Shown one piece after another: positions 51,001 through 56,096 of a stretch of DNA of 56,096 nucleotides (its first letter is position 1; each line of letters opens with the position of its first letter). The stretch lies in contig JAAILG010002270.1 of the NCBI GenBank assembly GCA_012026655.1, positions 1 to 56,096 on the forward strand, written 5' to 3'. The position numbers and the translations under genes are program-made. Source of the DNA: Hydrolagus affinis (Eukaryota). The notes below the pieces were generated by a model that saw only the letters and a program-made list of their open reading frames with translations, was not told the origin of the DNA and did no database searches.

Positions 51001-54000
51001 ATAAGCGGGGGCTCCCATGAAATGGTGACAGAAGCCTTGCTAACTTCCTTAATCTTCAGATTCTGCGGTGCCCCTGGAGTATCCAAGACTCTAACGTTTA
51101 CGAAAGCAGTCTTGCTGCCGCTGGTATTTTCGACGGTTAACATGTACTTGCCACTGTCGAATCTGTTCACATTCGGGATGATGAGAAGAGTGTACGAGCT
51201 TGTAATTTCAATCGATGCTCTGTCCAGTGGCTCCCCATCTTCCCTGGCCCATTTGATTTCAGGGACTGGTCGACCCTTGATAGTAACAAACAATCTCAAA
51301 GTGCAGCAGGCTCTTATATTTACCAACTTTCGTAGATCTGCATCAAGTTCAATCTCAGGAGGCAATAATCTGTCTTCGGCCTTAACTGTTCCTGGGATTT
51401 GCGCAGGTTCACCAATGCCTTCAGCGTTCATGGCATATATGTGAACCAGGTATTCTTGGTTTTCCTTTAACTTAGTGATTGTGAATGATGTGGCTTTAAG
51501 TCCACCCTGTGGTGTTACAATTGTCCATTCATCTTCTTCGGGAAGACACGTTTCAACCATATAACCTGTAATTTCTGAACCGCCATCATAAATAGGTTTA
51601 TTCCAGGCAATAGTAATTGAAGATTTGCTTGAATCAAGCAGCCTAGGGTTACCTGGAGGTCCGGGTTTGAATATCGTGTCACCAGATTTATAGAATGGGC
51701 TGGTAGGACTTGGTTGACTGCGACCTGCAGCATTTTCAGCTACGATTCTGAATTCATATTCATGTCCTTCTGTGAGCCCAACAGCTTTGAATCGCAAATC
51801 AGTGACTGGTCTTTTGTTGCATTTAACCCATCGTATTCCTGTCCTGTCACGCCGTTCAACAATATAATTGGTGATTTCACTGCCACCGTTAGAATCTGGA
51901 TGTCCCCAACAAACCACCATCGAATCTTTTGTGATGGCTGTAACCTCTGGTGTCTTCGGTGGGCTGGGTGGGACAAATGGGTTAACAGCGATAACAGCAT
52001 CAGATTCCAATGGCTCACCAACTCCGTATTTATTCACTGCCATGACACGGAAAATATACTCATTCCCTTTGAGAAGTTTAGTTATCTTCAGTTTGGTGAC
52101 TTGAACTTCCGCTGATACAGTTGTCCATGCAAGTCGACTGGTCTCACGCTTTTCAACGACATAATGATCAATCTTTGCACCACCATCGTCAGGAGGTGGT
52201 AACCATGATATCACACATTTTTCTGATGTGACATCTGTAATTCCTATTGGTCCTTCGGGAGGTCCGGGTCTATCTAGAACTTTAACATTGAAAACATGTT
52301 TAACTGAGCCACCGGGATTGGATGCGGTAAGTACATAAGCACCGCCGTCTCTTCTTGAGCTATCTTTGTTCGTCAAAACAGTTGAGAAATCAGTCATCCT
52401 TATTTCCTGTTTTCCCATTTCTGTAAGATCCTTTGTGTCCTTTGTCCAGACCATTGTTGGTGGTGGTCGGCCTGTTACGTCTGCCTCGAGTTTGAAAACT
52501 TCACCAGCTTTCAAAACTAAGACATCTTTGAATTTAGCATCAACCATTATCCTTGGTTCCTCCACGTCATCTCTGCATGTTATTGCGTCAGTGGGATCAG
52601 ATGGTTTGCTCACTGCTCCTACGGAATTTCGAGCTGTGACACGGAATTCATATTTCTCATCTTCAGTAAGGCCACTGACCGTGAACTCAGTCTCCAGAAC
52701 ATTGCTAAAGTTTGCTTTAAGCCATCGCCCGCTAGGGAATTCCCTCTTTTCAACCGTGTATCCAGTTACCTTAAAGCCTCCATCATATTCTGGCTTAGTC
52801 CAGATAAGTGTTACAGAATGCCTTGTAATATTAATGGGAACGGGTTGACCAGGGGAATCAATAGGATCTAGCGCAAATACTGGATCTGAAGGTTTACTTG
52901 GTTTTCCTTTGCCAGCCATGTTTTCTCCTGCAACACGGAATTCATATGCAATACCATCGGTAAGTCCACTTGATTTAAATGTGTTGCCTGTAACCAAAGC
53001 CTTGCTTATAGTTTGCCAGAGAATGCTATTTCTTTCCTTTCTTTCAATGTGATAGCCCAAAATTTGACTTCCACCATCAGTAACTGGGTCATTCCAAGTG
53101 ATAGTCATTGAATCTTTTGTGACTGCAATAATATTTGGAGTTCCTGGAGGTCCAGGCACCTTAAATGGATAAGCGGCAACAACTGACTCTGAAATAATTG
53201 CAGGTCCAACACCATATCTGTTTTGAGCCTTAACACGGAATTGGTATTCCATTCCAGTAGTAAGGTGACTAACTTTATATGTTGTACGTATCACAGTAGC
53301 TGCCTGCTCTACCCATGATGTACTGTTGGTCTCACGCACCTCTACAATATAGTTGTTAATTGGTACTCCACCATCATTCTCTGGTGGCTCCCATGACATC
53401 AAAATGTAAACAGATGAAATTTCGTCTAATTTGATAGGGCCTTTAGGAGGTCCAGGAATGTCATGTACGTAAACACCAAAGGTGTCACTTACTTCACCAA
53501 TTATGTTTTTAGCGGTCAGAGTGAACTTGCTGGTATCACTTCTTATGCATTCGCTGATGTTAAGTATTGTTGAGTTGGCTGTATTTTCGACATTTATTCT
53601 CTGCGTTTGCTTCAAAGCTTGGCCTTCCTTCGTCCAGGTGACTGTTGGTTTTGGTCGACCATGCACTGGGATCTCAACTTTGATATTATCTCCTGCCCTT
53701 GCAATTACGCTCTTCTGGTATATACCACGCAGGTCAAATTCTGGAAGTGACGTTTGTTCTTTTATAACAACAGGTCTGCTTTCTCGAGGATCGCTCCTTC
53801 CAGAGGTATTGACAGCCATGACCCGGAACGTATATTCCTCATTTTCACTCAAATTCTTTGCAATATAATCTAAAGCCTTTTGAGTTGCTAAAGGAATCCA
53901 TTTTTCACTGCCTTTCTTCTGGGCCTCAAGTTCATATCCTGTGATCCTACTACCACCATCATACTCTGGTTTTGGCCAAGCTAAGCTGACTGAGTGCTTC

Positions 54001-55502
54001 GTTATATCCATGATGTGAAGACTTTCTGGAGGAGACGGAGCTTCGGATGCTCTTATAGGGTCTGACATTTCAGCTGGTTCCCCAATGCCATATTCATTCT
54101 CAGCCATTACTCTGAAGTAATACTCACACCCTTCGGAGAGATTGGGAATTCTAAGTGAACACTTTTGGCAGTTTGTTGTGATAGTCGCGTATGCTTTGCG
54201 TGTCGATTCTCGTTTTTCTATTATATAGTTTGTGATCCGTGAGCCCCCATCAATCATTGGCAGTTCCCATGCCAATGTAATGCAGTCTTTCGTTACTTCT
54301 CTGGCTTTAAGGTTAATCGGAGGTCCTGGGGAGTCTAGGACTCTCACGTTTACAAAACCAGACTTTTTACCAGCAGCGTTTTCAAGACACATTGTGTATT
54401 TTCCCGTGTCATTTCTGGTGGATTCAGGGATCAGGAGGAAGGTGTATGATGATGTGGTTTCTACCGTAGCACGTCCTTTGACCGGAACATCTCCTTTAAG
54501 CCAAGTGACTTGAGGAGTTGGACGACCCTTGATTGGTACAAAGATGCGGATTGTGACTCCAGCTCTGACCACCAGAGTTCTTCTCAGTTCAGCATCCAGC
54601 TCGAAATCAGGCAGTTCTTCACGTTCCTTAATTTCAACAGCACCTTCAACTTGTGCAGGTTCACCAACACCCTCAGCATTGAGTGCTTTGATTCTAAAGT
54701 GATATTTTTCCCCTGGCTGGAGGTTAGCAACAACAAACTCGGTTATTCTGAGTGCGGTGCCCGTGGTGTCTTTTACCCATTCTTCCTCTGCTTCTTTCTT
54801 GTGTTCAACTATGTAGCCGATGATATCAAGGCCACCATCGTAGTGAGGTTTCCCCCAAGTCAAAGTAGCAGTGGTCTTTGTTGTGTCCACCACTCGTGGG
54901 TTAGAAGGAGGCCCAGGTACGTCTGTGTTAAACAAAAATAAACTCAGATGATAAAATATCTACTTCTACAGAATGCCAAATCAGAATGCAGCATTGAATT
55001 AAATTTGCTGAATTTTTTTAAAGTGGAAAGTAAATGCTTACATGTTACATCTTTGTTGCAAATAGAATTTTGAGATATTAGAATATCATTTATATATCAT
55101 ATCATATATTTGATTTTAATGTATGTTTAATATATTTAATATTTTTTAAATAATTCTATTATTTAAATAGAATTTAAAAAATATTAAGTAAATGCTTACA
55201 TGCTACATCTTTGGTCAGCACTGATGCTGATGGTTCGCTTGGTTGTCCAATGCCCGCTTTGTTTTCTGCCGTGACCCGGAATTCATACTCAGTTCCTTCA
55301 TTAAGTCCTGTTACTTTATGCCGTAAATCTGAAATTGTTTTTTTACTTGTTCGAACCCATCTCAAGCCTTTCTTTTCTTTGCGCTCAGCGATGTATCCTA
55401 AGATTTCACTGCCACCATCATCAACTGGTCTCTTCCAGGCAATAGTGACAGTGTTTTTGGTAACATTGGTGATTTCTGGCTTTCCTGGTGGACCGGGTGG
55501 AC
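8788..55502 (-). CDS. TTN: Titin, C-terminal ~12,790 aa (A-band C-zone, kinase, M-band); 39 exons in window, gene continues to the right
   Basis: Tandem Ig/Fn3 domains (PGPP, W..P..DGG, YxFRVxAxN), titin kinase and C-terminal ...[14 protein letters not shown]. All junctions GT-AG and phase-compatible; exon lengths sum to 38,372 nt. Confidence 0.99.
9151..9285 (-). mobile_element. SINE 3' fragment in Mex5-Mex6 intron
   Basis: Similar to the reverse complement of 3670-3770. Confidence 0.75.
9355..9633 (-). CDS. TTN: Titin Mex5 (is7, Ser/Met-rich), 279 nt, phase 1-1
   Basis: ccacag|...|gtgaga; VLIEEPAK...[27 protein letters not shown]. Confidence 0.95.
9948..10101 (-). CDS. TTN: Titin Mex4 (C-terminal half of M9)
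   Basis: ttcag|[20 protein letters not shown]...SLNVL|gtatgt. Confidence 0.95.
10208..10746 (-). CDS. TTN: Titin Mex3 (is6, M8, N-terminal half of M9)
   Basis: ttccag|...EWLKDNHA|gtaagt. Confidence 0.95.
10836..10992 (-). CDS. TTN: Titin Mex2 (C-terminal half of M7); absent from ORF track
   Basis: ccacag|[52 protein letters not shown]|gtaag. Confidence 0.95.
11030..11166 (-). mobile_element. Two adjacent L2-type 3' tails
   Basis: aacaacagtaacttgcatttatatag...cccagagcgct and caacaacaacaaaattacatttctagagtgcctctcatatcgggaggacgtcccaag. Confidence 0.75.
11244..16831 (-). CDS. TTN: Titin Mex1 (5,588 nt): A169, A170, titin kinase, M1-M6, is2-is5, start of M7
   Basis: tgatag|...|gtacgt. Contains NYD linker, kinase (~16145-15380: [24 protein letters not shown]), regulatory tail, RS-rich is2 and KSP motifs. 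Confidence 0.98.
16967..17560 (-). CDS. TTN: Titin exon, Fn3 + Ig (A167-A168)
   Basis: 594 nt, phase 1-1, GT-AG. Confidence 0.95.
17706..18011 (-). CDS. TTN: Titin exon, Fn3
   Basis: 306 nt, DKPDIPEGP...KSTF. Confidence 0.95.
18117..18692 (-). CDS. TTN: Titin exon, Ig + Ig
   Basis: 576 nt, [12 protein letters not shown]...DVEIQ. Confidence 0.95.
18818..19117 (-). CDS. TTN: Titin exon, Fn3; correct frame absent from ORF track
   Basis: 300 nt, [31 protein letters not shown]...IKTKLT. Confidence 0.95.
19292..19597 (-). CDS. TTN: Titin exon, Fn3
   Basis: 306 nt, [10 protein letters not shown]...CKDPF. Confidence 0.95.
19788..20372 (-). CDS. TTN: Titin exon, Ig + Fn3
   Basis: 585 nt, VYPDYELD...PKTQL. 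Confidence 0.95.
20535..20837 (-). CDS. TTN: Titin exon, Fn3
   Basis: 303 nt, GT-AG, phase 1-1. Confidence 0.95.
20880..20990 (-). mobile_element. SINE 3' tail fragment
   Basis: ccttgcatttgatgcagcactttatcacatggtcgagatgtctcaatgtgcttcacag...gtgaattgactgtat. Confidence 0.8.
21009..21311 (-). CDS. TTN: Titin exon, Fn3
   Basis: 303 nt, GT-AG, phase 1-1. Confidence 0.95.
21827..22126 (-). CDS. TTN: Titin exon, Fn3
   Basis: 300 nt, GT-AG, phase 1-1. Confidence 0.95.
22444..22731 (-). CDS. TTN: Titin exon, Ig
   Basis: 288 nt, GT-AG, phase 1-1. Confidence 0.95.
22856..23449 (-). CDS. TTN: Titin exon, Fn3 + Fn3
   Basis: 594 nt, GT-AG, phase 1-1. Confidence 0.95.
23870..24151 (-). CDS. TTN: Titin exon, Ig
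   Basis: 282 nt, EIPDLELDD...VKVY. Confidence 0.95.
24574..24879 (-). CDS. TTN: Titin exon, Fn3
   Basis: 306 nt, GT-AG, phase 1-1. Confidence 0.95.
24994..25299 (-). CDS. TTN: Titin exon, Fn3
   Basis: 306 nt, GT-AG, phase 1-1. Confidence 0.95.
25340..25700 (-). mobile_element. tRNA-headed Deu-domain SINE, degenerate
   Basis: Deu-like core ggatctttaatgtccacttggacaggcagatgggactacggtttaatgtctcatccgaag. tRNA-like head (gggcttgaacccacaaccttctgactcagaggcgagagtgctgcc on plus). Second copy at 55575. Confidence 0.8.
25783..26082 (-). CDS. TTN: Titin exon, Fn3
   Basis: 300 nt, GT-AG, phase 1-1. Confidence 0.95.
26195..26485 (-). CDS. TTN: Titin exon, Ig
   Basis: 291 nt, GT-AG, phase 1-1. Confidence 0.95.
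26632..26937 (-). CDS. TTN: Titin exon, Fn3
   Basis: 306 nt, GT-AG, phase 1-1. Confidence 0.95.
27061..27363 (-). CDS. TTN: Titin exon, Fn3; absent from ORF track
   Basis: 303 nt, [31 protein letters not shown]...AQNPV. Confidence 0.95.
27480..29546 (-). CDS. TTN: Titin exon, 7 Ig/Fn3 domains
   Basis: 2,067 nt, GT-AG, phase 1-1. Confidence 0.96.
29656..29955 (-). CDS. TTN: Titin exon, Fn3
   Basis: 300 nt, GT-AG, phase 1-1. Confidence 0.95.
30119..30550 (-). mobile_element. SINE: well-preserved tail/core (30119-30290) plus degenerate head
   Basis: Close reverse-complement match to 3615-3770; (AAT)n tail. Confidence 0.85.
30622..30909 (-). CDS. TTN: Titin exon, Ig
   Basis: 288 nt, GT-AG, phase 1-1. 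Confidence 0.95.
31044..31337 (-). CDS. TTN: Titin exon, Fn3
   Basis: 294 nt, GT-AG, phase 1-1. Confidence 0.95.
31445..33211 (-). CDS. TTN: Titin exon, 6 Ig/Fn3 domains
   Basis: 1,767 nt, GT-AG, phase 1-1. Confidence 0.96.
33290..33476 (+). mobile_element. L2-type LINE 3' end with (TTG)n tail
   Basis: Reverse-complement homologue of 921-1135 and 37674-37731. Confidence 0.8.
33513..33818 (-). CDS. TTN: Titin exon, Fn3
   Basis: 306 nt, GT-AG, phase 1-1. Confidence 0.95.
33935..34237 (-). CDS. TTN: Titin exon, Fn3
   Basis: 303 nt, GT-AG, phase 1-1. Confidence 0.95.
34353..34652 (-). CDS. TTN: Titin exon, Fn3
   Basis: 300 nt, GT-AG, phase 1-1. Confidence 0.95.
34801..35088 (-). CDS. TTN: Titin exon, Ig
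   Basis: 288 nt, GT-AG, phase 1-1. Confidence 0.95.
35180..35476 (-). CDS. TTN: Titin exon, Fn3
   Basis: 297 nt, GT-AG, phase 1-1. Confidence 0.95.
35594..35896 (-). CDS. TTN: Titin exon, Fn3
   Basis: 303 nt, GT-AG, phase 1-1. Confidence 0.95.
35988..36575 (-). CDS. TTN: Titin exon, Ig + Fn3
   Basis: 588 nt, GT-AG, phase 1-1. Confidence 0.95.
36794..37090 (-). CDS. TTN: Titin exon, Fn3
   Basis: 297 nt, GT-AG, phase 1-1. Confidence 0.95.
37630..37731 (-). mobile_element. SINE core fragment abutting an L2-type 3' tail
   Basis: tgtgggcaaaatgcggcagacgtttgcacacagcagtcccacaaac followed by aacaacaaaattacatttatagagcgcctttcacgtcgggaggacgtcccaaggc. Confidence 0.75.
37817..54922 (-). CDS. TTN: Titin giant A-band exon (human exon 326 equivalent), 17,106 nt, just over five 11-domain C-zone super-repeats
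   Basis: aacacag|AC...G|gtatgt, inside the 5742-aa ORF. Domain order Ig-Fn-Fn-Ig-Fn-Fn-Fn-Ig-Fn-Fn-Fn. Confidence 0.98.
55200..55502 (-). CDS. TTN: Titin exon, Fn3 (human exon 325 equivalent)
   Basis: 303 nt, ctcctag|GPPGPPGKP...TKDVA|gtaagc. Confidence 0.95.
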
Positions 55503-55574
55503 CTAGGAGACGAAGATTAGAGGTGGCGTTCATATCATCAAACCAAAATACGCAGAAATGAAATATCTTGCATT

Positions 55575-55960
55575 TTAATAATAATAAGCCTTGCATTTGG
55601 CATCGCGCCTCATCACATCGGAAGGACATTTCAAGCTGCTTCACGGGATTTATCACGAAATGGAGTCCAAGTAGTCACAGCAGCACAATTGCGAACAGTC
55701 ATGAAGTGAGTGCCCAATTTTATTTGGGGGTATTGTATTGTTGACCAAGACACTGGGAGAACCTCCCTTCACTTTTTGAATGGTACCATTGGATGGATCT
55801 TTAACTATCCACCTGAACAGACAGATGGGACCTCGGTTTTAACGTCTCATCCGAAAGATAGCACCTCTAAAAATGCAACACCCACTGCTAGCACTGAATT
55901 GGAATGTCATCTTAGACTATTTTAAGTAAGCTTAGTGAATTTAAGTCCCAACATGGGATT
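55575..55960 (-). mobile_element. Deu-domain SINE
   Basis: (AAT)n tail; core ggatctttaactatccacctgaacagacagatgggacctcggttttaacgtctcatccgaaagatagcac. Confidence 0.8.
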
Positions 55961-56029
55961 TAGCCTGGAAGATCCCACAACACTAATATTATGAATAGAT
56001 CAGTCAGACATCTGTCAGTGTTGTAAAGT

Positions 56030-56096
56030 TAAAAAGCACTTTGAGAAGTTTCGAAGATGTGATTAGGCGCTATATCAAATGCAAGTATTATTATTA
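56030..56096 (+). mobile_element. SINE/LINE 3' tail
   Basis: aaagcactttgagaag...gtgattaggcgctatatcaaatgcaagtattattatta. Confidence 0.8.

Noticed and set aside
37707-54935. 5742-aa ORF as a stand-alone giant gene or bacterial adhesin
   Set aside because: It is one spliced exon. The ORF ends run into intron, and its tail (WDVLPT) comes from an L2 repeat also seen in ORFs at 959 and 33031.
11254-55561. Many plus-strand ORFs of 60-250 aa opposite titin exons (e.g. 38134-38886, 28874-29575, 50275-50868)
   Set aside because: Antisense shadows of titin codon usage. They recur with the super-repeat and show no independent domain or splice structure.
1-56096. A previously undescribed multi-gene system
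   Set aside because: All coding sequence is accounted for by TTN and PLEKHA3, and the rest by introns, UTRs and common repeats. Any novelty is at the motif or RNA-structure level.

Overview
Eukaryotic (vertebrate) genomic DNA, not prokaryotic. Most of the window (about 7.7-56.1 kb, minus strand) is the 3' part of a titin (TTN) gene. I placed 39 GT-AG exons by hand; spliced, they give one open frame of 38,372 nt (about 12,790 codons). It covers the A-band C-zone Ig/Fn3 super-repeats (including a 17,106-nt giant exon), the titin kinase, and M-band exons Mex1-Mex6 with the stop codon and a roughly 1.1-kb 3' UTR. The left end (plus strand) holds the last two coding exons and probable long 3' UTR of PLEKHA3 (FAPP1), convergent with TTN as in human. 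Introns and UTRs carry tRNA/Deu-type SINEs, L2 and CR1 LINE 3' ends and pogo/Tigger-like MITEs. The repeat types suggest a cartilaginous fish, possibly a chimaera such as Callorhinchus (inference). I see no new multi-gene system. The best second-look items are a titin kinase lacking the autoinhibitory Tyr170 (FTAPEYT) together with HFDIKGEN and ELG motifs, an exact 3,246-nt super-repeat period, an intronic 58-nt inverted repeat flanking an in-frame 8-exon block, a 3' UTR hairpin that pairs best on the mRNA strand, and a duplicated splice donor next to the giant exon. All human comparisons and exon numbers are from memory, not alignment.
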